A stretch of DNA of 53,676 nucleotides from Cellulosilyticum sp. (GTDB lineage Bacteria; Bacillota; Clostridia; Lachnospirales; Cellulosilyticaceae): positions 1 to 53,676 of the forward strand of contig JARKVN010000108.1 of assembly GCA_029851645.1 (NCBI GenBank), in the 5' to 3' direction. Of this stretch, positions 1 through 10,030 are shown in pieces (position 1 is the stretch's first letter; each line of letters opens with the position of its first letter). A program made the translations under genes and the position numbers. The notes beneath the pieces were generated by a model. That model was not told where the DNA came from and searched no databases. It saw only the letters and a program-made list of their open reading frames with translations.

Positions 1-170
1 ATCTAAAAAAGTCACTTTATAATAAATTGTAAAATCCCCAGTTATTGTAATTAAATTTAGATATACTTTTATCATTTCTATTTTCAGTAATTTATTGATA
101 AAACGTTTTGATATAAAAAACTTAATTACACAGATTAGATACTATAACTACTATATTTAAGGAGTTTATT

Positions 171-1310
171 ATGTTAAATGTAAAAAGAGGATCTAGTACA
201 CATACTGATTCCTATAAAGCAGCTTTAGAAGTTGTCGAAGAAATTAATCAAAACAATCCACAGATTGTTCTATTCTTTGTCTCTAGTATATATAATTTTC
301 AAACGGTTCATGATGTCTTTAGAAACCATTTTAAAAATACTATAGTTGCAGGTTGTACTTCTCAAGGTGAAATTACCACTCAATTAGGCTATGGTGAACA
401 CTCACTATCTGCTCTAAGTATATCAAGTGATGATTTACAGATTGCACCTGTACTATGTAAAAATGTCAGTAAACAATCCATGCTTTATAAAAATACAATC
501 GTTAAAGCCATGCAGAGCATTGATCTTAATCCTTCTGACCCACGACTCAGCAAAAAAGGGTTTGCCCTTGCACTTATAGATGGCCTTACAGCCTCTGAAG
601 AAAAAGTTATGATGATGATGGATTATTTACTAGAAGGAAACTCCTTCAATTTAATCGGAGGTTCTGCTGGAACTTTAGATGAAGTGGGCTCTTCTTATAT
701 CTCACTTAATGATGAAATTGTATCAGATGCCGCACTACTTATTTTCATACGAACAAATAAGCCCTTTATGATTTATAAGGAAAATATTTATGAGCCTACT
801 GGTGATACTTATCTTGTGACACATGCTAACTTACGTAACCGTACTATATATGAGATTAATAACAGGCCTGCTACAGAAGTATTTGCCCAAGCATTAAATA
901 CTTCTCCTAATATGTTAGATACCAATCTATTTGCTTCTAATCCTATAGGTCGTCTAAATAATAATGAACTTTTCATTGCTTCCCCTTTTGCTGTACAAAA
1001 AGATGGTAGCATTCAGTTCTATTCTCAAATTTCTAATGGTACACCTATTCATTTCATGAGAAAAATGGATGCATCACTTGTTGCTAAGCAAACTGCCAAA
1101 CAGATTTCTTCAACTCTTACTCGTCCTAAGCTCATCTTAGGCTTTAATTGTATACTAAGACATTTACAGTTTAAGAATGAAAAAAGTAGTAAACAGCTTT
1201 TTGATATTTTAGATCATGTTGCTCCGTTTTGTGGTTTTACAACACTTGGGGAACAGTATGGGACAGAACACATTAATCAAACACTTACACTTTTAGCTTT
1301 AGGAGAATAA
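171..1310 (+). CDS. FIST-domain signal transduction protein (NosP-like)
   Basis: FIST-N motifs (AGCTSQGEI, LIDGL, GGSAG) and FIST-C motifs (FNCILR, GFTTLGEQYGTEHINQT); RBS AAGGAG. Confidence 0.85.
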   Translation: MLNVKRGSSTHTDSYKAALEVVEEINQNNPQIVLFFVSSIYNFQTVHDVFRNHFKNTIVAGCTSQGEITTQLGYGEHSLSALSISSDDLQIAPVLCKNVSKQSMLYKNTIVKAMQSIDLNPSDPRLSKKGFALALIDGLTASEEKVMMMMDYLLEGNSFNLIGGSAGTLDEVGSSYISLNDEIVSDAALLIFIRTNKPFMIYKENIYEPTGDTYLVTHANLRNRTIYEINNRPATEVFAQALNTSPNMLDTNLFASNPIGRLNNNELFIASPFAVQKDGSIQFYSQISNGTPIHFMRKMDASLVAKQTAKQISSTLTRPKLILGFNCILRHLQFKNEKSSKQLFDILDHVAPFCGFTTLGEQYGTEHINQTLTLLALGE

Positions 1311-1313
1311 TTT

Positions 1314-2327
1314 ATGAAAAAAAGTTTAAAGACCTTATTTAATAAAACGAATCGTACCTATACGACTAATCATGCGTGTAAATTACCTGAAGAAAATTAT
1401 GAACAACTTAATCTATTTGTTGAAGCAAGTCAAGATTTAAATTCTGCACTTTATAAAGTATGTGTAGATACTGAAAACAATAATGATCAAATCTCCTCTG
1501 AGATCTCTAAAATGACAGTCAATATTACGCACCAAAATACTTATTTAGATGAAGTAAAAAGTTCTCTGCATACAGTATATGAACAAGTAGAGGAAACCTC
1601 ACAAGTTGCAAAAACAACGACTGATGTTACATCTGAAGCTTATACGAATCTTAATTCCACAACTAATGTACATATGACTAATCTTCTTAATGATATGGCC
1701 AATATGAAAACTTCTTTTGAGTCTATGCTTCTGATTATACAGGAACTACTTTCCACAAATGCTACTCTTTTTACAGCCATTAACGCTATTAAAGATATTT
1801 CATCTCAGACAAAACTTTTAGCTGTTAATGCAAAAATAGAGGCTGCACGCGCTGGAGACTCTGGTCGTGGTTTTTCTGTTGTTGCTGATCAAGTTCAGTA
1901 TCTATCTGATTGTTCCAATAATGCATCTCAAGATATAGAAGAGCAACTTCATTCTTGTGAAAAAATTTCCTTAAAAGTTCAAGAAGTTCTTCAATTAAAC
2001 ACACAAAATTTTCAATCCATTTCTGATGCTGTGGGTAATACATCAGACGTTTTTATTAATACCCTTACAGCTCTAACTGAAGTTACACGACAAATGCAGA
2101 TTCTTGAAGAGCAAACTAAGGTAAATAACTCAGCCATTAAAGATATTGTAGATAAAGTTAATATCGTTGCTGAAAAATCTCATCTCAATACCCTCAATGC
2201 TAATGAAATCTGTAGAGTTAGTATGAACCAATCTAATAGCATTTATAAATGTGTGAATTTTGCTGAACAAACTTCCTTTATTAGCTCTAAAATACAGCAT
2301 CTTCTTAACGATAGCACTTCTAAATAA
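1314..2327 (+). CDS. Soluble methyl-accepting chemotaxis protein, no TM or obvious sensor domain
   Basis: MCP tip motif [30 protein letters not shown]; starts 3 bp after the FIST gene. Confidence 0.85.
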   Translation: MKKSLKTLFNKTNRTYTTNHACKLPEENYEQLNLFVEASQDLNSALYKVCVDTENNNDQISSEISKMTVNITHQNTYLDEVKSSLHTVYEQVEETSQVAKTTTDVTSEAYTNLNSTTNVHMTNLLNDMANMKTSFESMLLIIQELLSTNATLFTAINAIKDISSQTKLLAVNAKIEAARAGDSGRGFSVVADQVQYLSDCSNNASQDIEEQLHSCEKISLKVQEVLQLNTQNFQSISDAVGNTSDVFINTLTALTEVTRQMQILEEQTKVNNSAIKDIVDKVNIVAEKSHLNTLNANEICRVSMNQSNSIYKCVNFAEQTSFISSKIQHLLNDSTSK

Positions 2328-2337
2328 TAGTATATTT

Positions 2338-2380
2338 AAGGCATGAGCTCTATATATGATAGAGTTCATGCCTTTCTTTT
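2338..2380 (+). terminator. Intrinsic terminator between convergent operons
   Basis: AAGGCATGAGCTCTAT / ATAGAGTTCATGCCTT stem followed by TCTTTT. Confidence 0.8.
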
Positions 2381-2437
2381 CCTAAATCTATTTGCTTCAT
2401 ATAACGCATCCAATAACTTATTTAGTTTTTGTGAAAA

Positions 2438-3103
2438 TTATACATGTAGCCTTCGTTTTAACTCACTTAGCATATTTTTGCCTTCAAATACAATAAGTCC
2501 TGTCACTGATATCATACTAGTCAAAATACATACGATTGAAGGAATATCTGTCCGTAAACAGTTGGTTACCAAAAAGATAATGGGAATAATTCCAAATAAA
2601 GCATCTAATAAAAGATAAATCATATAATCTCCCACTTTCAGATGCAAAATTTTAGTCAGCAAATACATAACCACCATAGCTAATGTAAAAACAATAGGTA
2701 GTACAAAAGTCAGTGCCCATCCTCTCCATCCTGTTATCATATCTAAAAAGATAGCAAATAGACAAATAATCACACTCTGATATAATAAATACTTCAGGAT
2801 ATTTCTATGCTTTTTAATAGCCGTTGCAAGACTCATCCAAACACCCCCTACAGTTAAAATAACGATTAACGCCCAAAAGGTTGTGCTTGGTATCATTAAA
2901 TTAAAAAATATGGATAAGATACTTGCAATAATAGAAATAAACCCGACTATTTTTAATATCAAATGCTGCTTTATATACACCTCTTCTATAGGTGGAAAAA
3001 TACTTTCCTTAATCTCCCCTTTTACTAAAAGCTCACTTTGGCATAAAGGACAAAAGGTTAAATTTCCTATAACTTCTACCTTGCACCGATTACAATATTT
3101 CAT
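2438..3103 (-). CDS. Zinc-ribbon plus multi-TM membrane protein (DUF6320-like)
   Basis: N-terminal CNRC...CPLC, about 6 hydrophobic helices, C-terminal ELKRRLHV. Confidence 0.75.
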   Translation of the reverse strand: MKYCNRCKVEVIGNLTFCPLCQSELLVKGEIKESIFPPIEEVYIKQHLILKIVGFISIIASILSIFFNLMIPSTTFWALIVILTVGGVWMSLATAIKKHRNILKYLLYQSVIICLFAIFLDMITGWRGWALTFVLPIVFTLAMVVMYLLTKILHLKVGDYMIYLLLDALFGIIPIIFLVTNCLRTDIPSIVCILTSMISVTGLIVFEGKNMLSELKRRLHV

Positions 3104-3131
3104 ATGTCTTCTTTCTCCTCCACCAATAAAT

Positions 3132-4397
3132 TTAATCCATCAAGTTGGTACTAAGTGTTACACCTATCCCTTTACTTGTTAATTCTCTAAAGAAATGTTT
3201 CTGTACTTCTGTACTGATAAAAGGCGAGGTAAAACTAATAGAAAGTTGATCTCCATAAGAACATAAGCAGACTTGTATTTTCTTTGTACTTACACAAACA
3301 TCGAATCCATCAATATAGGGCTCTAATGCTTTAGGCATCGTTACCTTTCCAATATTAGAAAAGCTTGTTGTCACTTCTTCATTTGTTAAATGATGAGCAA
3401 TTTGAAGAGTTGGTTTCTTTAGTACTAAGGGTATAGCACGTGTCACATAATTCTTCTCTAGTGCCACCAGATGATTGATTCTAGCCTGAATTTTTTCTGG
3501 CTTTAACTCTTTATCAAAAAATGCTTTAAGACTACTAATAATATCTTGTAAAGTATCTTCACCTGTTCCAAAAACATAAGGTACTAAAATGACACTAAAG
3601 AAATTTCGTGCAGAAGCCGACTGAAAATAAGGTCTTAAATTAACAGGTACAGAGATTACTACAGGCTGTTTTTTTTCTCTTTGACTCATTTGTTTACCAA
3701 TAGCTTCTATTAAGATAGCACTTAAATAAATCGTCAGGGTTGTATCATAACTACGTGCCTTTTCTAATACGGCTTTTACTGATACAATGCCATGAATCAC
3801 TTGTAAAAAATCTCCTCCTATTTTATCTCCTTTAAATTTATAAGCCTTACCTACAGAAACTTTCTTGCCTCCCTTATCTTTAGAAGAATATTTTTTAAAT
3901 CCGTCGTCTTCTTGCTCAGCTCTAGAGGCATCATAATCTAATACTAAGTCACATTCTTTAAGTTCCTCTTCATGAGCCATGACCAAATAATTTAAAACTA
4001 GGGTACGCAAGAATTGTAAAGCCCCTACACCATCTGTTAAAGCATGGTGAATTTCTAAATTAATACGCTTCTTATAATACGTTACTTCAAACAACAGCCC
4101 TTTAATATCCTCATCGTAAATTTGTCCACAAGGTACTTTGCTTTCTTCTTCTACCATAGGCTTTATATCACTTGCCTCAAAATAATACCAAAATAGTCCT
4201 TTCCTAATAATAGAAGCATATAACGGAAAAGATAACATGGTTTTATCTAATGCTTTTTGCAAAATGTGCGGCTCGATCTCCTCTTTAAGCCGACAATCAA
4301 AACGAAAAACTTTCGTATCCTGCTTATTACTATTAGGAGGAAAAATCTTTGCAGCATTATCTAACTTCCGCCATGAAAGCTCTTTGTTTCTTCTCAT
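3132..4397 (-). CDS. CoA-dependent acyltransferase (alcohol acetyltransferase / condensation-domain-like)
   Basis: HxxxDG motif HHALTDG; PVNLRPYF and FSNIG motifs. Confidence 0.75.
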   Translation of the reverse strand: MRRNKELSWRKLDNAAKIFPPNSNKQDTKVFRFDCRLKEEIEPHILQKALDKTMLSFPLYASIIRKGLFWYYFEASDIKPMVEEESKVPCGQIYDEDIKGLLFEVTYYKKRINLEIHHALTDGVGALQFLRTLVLNYLVMAHEEELKECDLVLDYDASRAEQEDDGFKKYSSKDKGGKKVSVGKAYKFKGDKIGGDFLQVIHGIVSVKAVLEKARSYDTTLTIYLSAILIEAIGKQMSQREKKQPVVISVPVNLRPYFQSASARNFFSVILVPYVFGTGEDTLQDIISSLKAFFDKELKPEKIQARINHLVALEKNYVTRAIPLVLKKPTLQIAHHLTNEEVTTSFSNIGKVTMPKALEPYIDGFDVCVSTKKIQVCLCSYGDQLSISFTSPFISTEVQKHFFRELTSKGIGVTLSTNLMD

Positions 4398-4401
4398 CTG
4401 T

Positions 4402-5325
4402 TTACTCCTTCTTTAAAAATTCATTAATGATTTTATAACAAGCTCTAGCTTCAGCAAATAAGGGGGATAATGCCAAAAAACCATGAATGGCATTAGGCAT
4501 ACGATAAATCTCTACTTTATTACCTGCCCCACGTAGCTTCTTGCCGTAGGCTTCCCCTTCATCTCTTAATAAATCGTACTCTGCTGTAATAATAAGCGTT
4601 TCTGGTTGATTTTCTAAGTCCTCTGCTAGAATAGGTGCTACATATGGATTTCTTAAATCCTTTTTATCTGTAACATACAAATCGATATAGTCCATCATCC
4701 TTTTTTGTGTTAATAAATAGTCACTTCCATTCTCTTTCACAGAAGGATAAGGTGAAGCATCACTATGATCACTATAAGTAGCAGGATAAAGTAAGATTTG
4801 TCTATCTACCTGAAATTCTCCTCTATCTCTTGCCAACAAGGAAACAGCTGCGGCAAGATTAGCCCCTGCACTATCTCCAATCAGTGTGACTTTATGAATA
4901 GGATGATTAAATAACAATGTACTTCTTACAACTTCTTTAACTACTGCATAGCAATCCTCAAGCCCTGTTGGAAAAGGATATTCTGGTGCTAAACGATAGT
5001 CTACAGATAGTATGATATGTTTGGTACGATTAGCCATACGTGTACATACCTTGCTATAGCTATTAATGTTACCTGTAACAAAACCACCACCATGAAAGAA
5101 AATCATTAGTGGATAAATCCCTTCTTTAGAAGGGAAAAAAACTCTTACTGGTATTTGATAATCCCCTCGTCTTACCTTATGATCCCACATCTTATAAAAA
5201 GATTTTAACATATGAGGGTGAATCCTATCGACCATCTTTCTTTCAGATTGATACGTATCCTTTAAATCCTTATTTGAATATAATAACTTTCTTAAAGCGC
5301 TCAATACTTTCTTATTACTCGGCAT
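4402..5325 (-). CDS. Alpha/beta hydrolase, HSL-family esterase/lipase
   Basis: HGGG oxyanion motif, GDSAG nucleophile, DLLRDE and HGF triad residues. Confidence 0.9.
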   Translation of the reverse strand: MPSNKKVLSALRKLLYSNKDLKDTYQSERKMVDRIHPHMLKSFYKMWDHKVRRGDYQIPVRVFFPSKEGIYPLMIFFHGGGFVTGNINSYSKVCTRMANRTKHIILSVDYRLAPEYPFPTGLEDCYAVVKEVVRSTLLFNHPIHKVTLIGDSAGANLAAAVSLLARDRGEFQVDRQILLYPATYSDHSDASPYPSVKENGSDYLLTQKRMMDYIDLYVTDKKDLRNPYVAPILAEDLENQPETLIITAEYDLLRDEGEAYGKKLRGAGNKVEIYRMPNAIHGFLALSPLFAEARACYKIINEFLKKE

Positions 5326-5428
5326 ACCTTTTCTCCTAAACTTTCTGTCTATTTGCCTCTATTTATTCTTATATTATTTTAAAATATTTATCTATCTAAT
5401 CATAATATAAATGCCCATAAATCTCTAT

Positions 5429-5463
5429 AAAAAAAGAGCACTTCATTTTGAAATGCCCCTTTT
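5429..5463 (-). terminator. Intrinsic terminator
   Basis: Minus strand GGGGCATTTCA-AAA-TGAAGTGCTCT plus T tract. Confidence 0.7.
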
Positions 5464-5466
5464 ACT

Positions 5467-5871
5467 TTATTTCTCTACTTTAGTTAGTTTAACAAGTAAA
5501 ATGCCACTACTAGGAATGTTTAAGTTTAAAGTTGCTTTTAAAATGTCTACTTCTTCTGCTGTAAGTACACAATAAGCTACATACTCATCTTTAAGTTTCA
5601 TTGCTTCAAGTGGTACGCTGATAACAACTTCTTCCTGCGTTTTATTAAAACAACTTAAATAAACTCCTGTATGGTCTTCACTATATAATAAAATAACTTC
5701 TTCTGACTCGAAAAGTACTTTGGTTTCTTCTGTAATTTCAAATGCCTTTAAAATAAGCTGTTCTTTAATAGACGGTGCTTTGGTTGCTTTTTTAAAAAAC
5801 CCTTTCATCTGATTCTTATCAATTTTTTGTTCTACTACTTCTAATACTTTTGGTATTGTAATTTGTTTCAT
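5467..5871 (-). CDS. Hypothetical protein; C-terminal half resembles the alpha-galactosidase C-terminal beta-sandwich
   Basis: Start moved to ATG 5871 behind GGAGG; pattern GVYLSCFN...VVISVPLEAMKL...IPSSGILLVKL. Confidence 0.55.
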   Translation of the reverse strand: MKQITIPKVLEVVEQKIDKNQMKGFFKKATKAPSIKEQLILKAFEITEETKVLFESEEVILLYSEDHTGVYLSCFNKTQEEVVISVPLEAMKLKDEYVAYCVLTAEEVDILKATLNLNIPSSGILLVKLTKVEK

Positions 5872-6080
5872 TAACCTACCCTCCACTCTAAATTTAATAA
5901 CCTCTCTCATAAATATTTTTCTCTTAATTACTTTTTTCTATTTCTAATTATAAAGGATTTTTCTAGATTTTTGAACTACTATTAAAATTACATTTTTAAT
6001 ACAAATTTATTACCAGGTTTAAATACACTATTTGTTCTATAATATTTAACAGTATTTTACTTCCTCCTTCTCTTTATTGC

Positions 6081-6125
6081 ATTATATATTACTATATAGT
6101 AATATACTATATAGTAATATATAAT
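6081..6125. promoter_or_regulatory. Tandem palindromic operator, probably bound by the adjacent MarR
   Basis: Perfect palindrome TACTATATAGTA at 6090-6101 and 6105-6116; the whole 45 bp is nearly palindromic, about 30 bp before marR. Confidence 0.7.
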
Positions 6126-6154
6126 TTTTATTTTGTAAGAAAGGAGAGTACTGT

Positions 6155-6607
6155 ATGCAGCCTACACCAGTTGGAGTCGTTATGGCACAAATTAAGCAAC
6201 TTCAGGCACGAATTATTGAAAAACTTCTTAAAGAAAATGACTCCATGTATGATGTTAATAGTGCCCAAATTAACATTATGTATCAACTTTGGCAAAAAGA
6301 TAATATTACCATTAGTGAATTAAGTAAGCAAACACAACTAGCCAATACATCCCTCACCACTATGCTAGACCGATTGGAGATGCGTGGCCAAATTAAACGT
6401 TGTCGTAATGAACAAAATAGGCGTGAAGTACGCATTCAGCTTACTGATAAATCTAGAGCAACCCAAAATCAGGTGTCTGAAATTTTATGTACCATGCATG
6501 CCATTAACTTTAATGGTTTTAGTAAGGAAGAAGAACAACAAATGTATGATTATTTATCACGTATGAAAAATAATCTGGAACTTTATTCAAAGCAAGATAA
6601 ATTATAA
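6155..6607 (+). CDS. MarR-family transcriptional regulator
   Basis: Winged helix ITISELSKQTQLANTSLTTMLDRLE...NRREVRIQLT; RBS AAGGAG. Confidence 0.9.
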   Translation: MQPTPVGVVMAQIKQLQARIIEKLLKENDSMYDVNSAQINIMYQLWQKDNITISELSKQTQLANTSLTTMLDRLEMRGQIKRCRNEQNRREVRIQLTDKSRATQNQVSEILCTMHAINFNGFSKEEEQQMYDYLSRMKNNLELYSKQDKL

Positions 6608-6634
6608 ATTGAATGTATTTTAAGGAGGATTTTA

Positions 6635-7990
6635 ATGAGTACACACACTGATGATAAACTTGGTACTGCCCCTATAGGTCCATTAGTTTTAGCCATGGCG
6701 TTACCTGCTGTTATCGCTCAACTTGTTAATGTTTTATATAATATTGTCGACCGTATGTATATTGGACATATTCCAGAAGTAGGCACTAAGGCATTAACTG
6801 GCTTAGGCATTGCTTTCCCAATCCTAATGCTCATCTCGGCCTTTAGCGCTTTTGTAGGTGCTGGTGGTGCCCCTCTTGCCTCTATCCAGCTTGGAAAGGG
6901 TAACAAGGAAGAAGCTGAAAAAATTCTTGGTAATGGTACGACTATGCTTCTTGCTTTCTCTGTCATTCTCACCATTGTTTTTATGATTTTTAAAAAGCCT
7001 TTGCTGTATGCTTTTGGCGCAAGTGATGAAACTATTGTTTATGCTTTACAATATATTACCATCTACTTATGTGGAACCATTTTTGTTCAAGCGGCTATCG
7101 GTCTTAACTCCTTCATTACTTGCCAAGGTCAAGCTCGAATTGCCATGTTCTCTGTTCTAATTGGAGCAATTATTAATATTGTATTAGACCCAATTTTTAT
7201 TTTTGTTTTCGATATGGGCGTAAGAGGTGCTGCAATTGCTACTGTCATTTCTCAAGCTTGTAGTGCACTCTGGGTAGTTCGCTTTTTAATGTCAAAAAAG
7301 TCAAGTATTCGTATTAAAATGATTTATCTCAAACCTAATTGGAAAATTATAGGTGGTATTGCTGCTTTAGGTATTTCTCCTTTTATTATGCAATCAACCG
7401 AAAGCTTAATCACTGTTGTCTTTAATAGTGGTCTTCAAAAGTATGGTGGTGACTTATATGTAGGTTCCATGACAATTTTACAAAGTGTGATGCAACTTTT
7501 CGTACTTCCTGTACAAGGTATTACAATGGGAACACAACCGATTATTAGCTATAACTATGGAGCTAAAAACTCTAGTAGAGTTAAGAAAACCTTTAAATAT
7601 GTTCTAGCTATTACTTTCACAGTAACTTGTGTATGTACCATCGCATCTTTTCTTATCCCAACAGTATTTGCAGGTATGTTTACCTCTCAACCTGAACTTC
7701 TTGAACTTTGTGCCAAAGTTATGCCAATTTTCATGGGTGGTATATGGATTTTTGGTGTTCAAATGGCCTGTCAATCTGCTTTCATGGCCATGGGGCAAGC
7801 AAAGATTTCTCTTTTCTTAGCACTTCTTCGAAAAGTTATCTTACTTGTTCCTTTAGCACTTATTCTTCCAAAATTCTTTGACGTTATAGGAATTTACTAT
7901 GCAGAACCCATTGCTGATATTTTAGCCGCTACTACAACAGCTCTCTTATTTGCACTTAACTTCAAAAAAATATTAGCAAAAGCAGTATAA
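6635..7990 (+). CDS. MATE efflux transporter (MepA-like)
   Basis: About 12 TM; YNIVDRMYIG, NIVLDPIFIF and GVRGAAIATVISQ motifs. Confidence 0.9.
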   Translation: MSTHTDDKLGTAPIGPLVLAMALPAVIAQLVNVLYNIVDRMYIGHIPEVGTKALTGLGIAFPILMLISAFSAFVGAGGAPLASIQLGKGNKEEAEKILGNGTTMLLAFSVILTIVFMIFKKPLLYAFGASDETIVYALQYITIYLCGTIFVQAAIGLNSFITCQGQARIAMFSVLIGAIINIVLDPIFIFVFDMGVRGAAIATVISQACSALWVVRFLMSKKSSIRIKMIYLKPNWKIIGGIAALGISPFIMQSTESLITVVFNSGLQKYGGDLYVGSMTILQSVMQLFVLPVQGITMGTQPIISYNYGAKNSSRVKKTFKYVLAITFTVTCVCTIASFLIPTVFAGMFTSQPELLELCAKVMPIFMGGIWIFGVQMACQSAFMAMGQAKISLFLALLRKVILLVPLALILPKFFDVIGIYYAEPIADILAATTTALLFALNFKKILAKAV

Positions 7991-7992
7991 AC

Positions 7993-8038
7993 AAAAACCT
8001 CCAATCAGCTATCATCCTTTAGCTGATTGGAGGTTTTT
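7993..8038. terminator. Bidirectional intrinsic terminator
   Basis: AAAAACCTCCAATCAGCT / AGCTGATTGGAGGTTTTT perfect inverted repeat between convergent genes. Confidence 0.85.
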
Positions 8039-8047
8039 AGTTATCCT

Positions 8048-9223
8048 TTAGTGATGGAAGAGACGAATGCCTGTAAAACACATGGCAATACCATGTTTAT
8101 TACAAGCCTCAATTACCTCTTGGTCACGTACTGAACCACCTGGTTGTGCAATATATTTTACGCCACTTTTATAAGCTCTTTCAATGTTATCAATGAATGG
8201 GAAGAATGCATCTGACCCAATGGTTACATCTGTCATTTGGTCAAGCCAAGCTCTTTTTTCTTCCTTTGTAAAAACAGCTGGTTTTTCTGTAAAAACTCTT
8301 TCCCATTCACCATCGGCTAAAATATCCATATATTCTTCACCAATATAAAGGTCTATAGCATTATCACGGTCTGGACGAGTAGTTCCCTCTTTAAATGGAA
8401 GATTTAAAACTTGTGGTGCTTGACGAAGAAACCAATTATCAGCTTTTGTTCCTGCAAGACGTGTGCAGTGAATTCTTGATTGCTGTCCTGCACCTATCCC
8501 AATCGCTTGCCCCCCTTTGGCATAACAAACTGAATTAGACTGAGTATATTTTAAAGTAATGAGTGCAATAATCATATCTATTTTAGCGTTTTCAGGTATC
8601 TCTTTGTTTTCAGTTACTATATTGCTAATAAATGCTTCGTTAATATTTAATTCATTACGCCCTTGCTCGAAAGTAATCCCAAAGACATCTTTTCTCTCAA
8701 TAGGATTGGGCTTATAATTAGGGTCAATTTGAATAATATTATAGTTACCTCTTTTTTTAGTTTTTAAGATTTCTAAAGCTTCTGGCTCATAACCTGGTGC
8801 AATGATCCCATCTGATACTTCTCTTTTAATAATATTGGCAGTTGCTACGTCACATACATCAGAAAGTGCAATAAAATCACCAAAAGAAGACATTCTATCT
8901 GCTCCTCTTGCCCTTGCATAAGCGCTTGCAAGTGACGAAAGTTCTCCAAGGTCATCTACTGCATTTATTTTTCTTTCTACTTCACTAAGCGGAACACCTA
9001 CTGCTGCCCCAGCTGGAGAAACATGTTTAAAAGAGGTTGCGGCTGGAAGCCCAGTGGCTTCTTTTAATTCCTTAACCAATTGCCACCCATTAAAGGCATC
9101 TAGAAAGTTAATATACCCGGGTTTACCATTTAATACCTTAATGGGAAGGTCTCCTTCCTCCATGAAAATTCTTGATGGTTGTTGATTTGGATTACATCCA
9201 TATTTTAATTCTAATTCTTTCAT
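8048..9223 (-). CDS. purH: AICAR formyltransferase (transformylase-only PurH, no IMPCH domain)
   Basis: [45 protein letters not shown], terminal RLFHH; only 391 aa. Confidence 0.9.
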   Translation of the reverse strand: MKELELKYGCNPNQQPSRIFMEEGDLPIKVLNGKPGYINFLDAFNGWQLVKELKEATGLPAATSFKHVSPAGAAVGVPLSEVERKINAVDDLGELSSLASAYARARGADRMSSFGDFIALSDVCDVATANIIKREVSDGIIAPGYEPEALEILKTKKRGNYNIIQIDPNYKPNPIERKDVFGITFEQGRNELNINEAFISNIVTENKEIPENAKIDMIIALITLKYTQSNSVCYAKGGQAIGIGAGQQSRIHCTRLAGTKADNWFLRQAPQVLNLPFKEGTTRPDRDNAIDLYIGEEYMDILADGEWERVFTEKPAVFTKEEKRAWLDQMTDVTIGSDAFFPFIDNIERAYKSGVKYIAQPGGSVRDQEVIEACNKHGIAMCFTGIRLFHH

Positions 9224-9273
9224 TGTCTTTCCTCCACAAATTAATGATAGGTTATCTTACCCTTTATGATTGA

Positions 9274-9981
9274 TTATTGATTTTTGTTCATGATACGTGT
9301 TTCATATTTTCCTGTTTCAATATCAATATATCTTACAAATAAAGAGACTTTATTTTCTTCATTTAAACTTTCCCAAAGCATATTTGTAAAGCTATCAATC
9401 TCATCTGGAATCTCCACTACTTTGGGCTCACCTTCAAAACTTGGTAAGGGTTCTTCATTACATTTATAAGTATGTATAAAACGCCCTTCTCCTGCTTTTG
9501 CATCATCATATGTAAAAGTGTATCGATTACAACAAGCAGGATCTGCGTTATTGCTTTTTAAAATAGACATGGCATAATCAAATTTTCCGCTTTCAATATG
9601 TGCTACTGCTGAAATTCTTGGTGTATAGTTAGGTGCATCAGGTTCAAAGGTTCTAGTTCTTAAAGCTTGTTCAAAAGTCCATTCTTTATCCATTAACTCA
9701 TAAATGGTATCTGTTTGGTCTCCATTTGTTACAATCGTTCTATTACCCAGTACACGAACTGGCGCATAAATGATTAAGCTTGGGTCACTTAACTTAGAAG
9801 GATCAAAGGCCTCCGTCCTAATCCCTTCACCCTCTTCTACAAATACACGATTTCTACTATTTTCACTTCTTCCCATAATGAAATAAGCTATAACTGCTGA
9901 CTTGCCATCTTTGGATTTTCCAACGACAATTCCTCTCCCTGGATATGCATTTGTTAATAATTCATTTTGTAATGATATCAT
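9274..9981 (-). CDS. IMP cyclohydrolase-like protein (PurO-type, Ntn-hydrolase fold)
   Basis: YPGRGI, GRSENSRNR, TNGDQTD, FEPDAPNYTPRIS motifs; co-transcribed with the transformylase. Confidence 0.8.
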   Translation of the reverse strand: MISLQNELLTNAYPGRGIVVGKSKDGKSAVIAYFIMGRSENSRNRVFVEEGEGIRTEAFDPSKLSDPSLIIYAPVRVLGNRTIVTNGDQTDTIYELMDKEWTFEQALRTRTFEPDAPNYTPRISAVAHIESGKFDYAMSILKSNNADPACCNRYTFTYDDAKAGEGRFIHTYKCNEEPLPSFEGEPKVVEIPDEIDSFTNMLWESLNEENKVSLFVRYIDIETGKYETRIMNKNQ

Positions 9982-10030
9982 GTTAACGCTCCTTATTAAT
10001 CATTTTTCGCTCAGAAATTTTAGAAAATAT

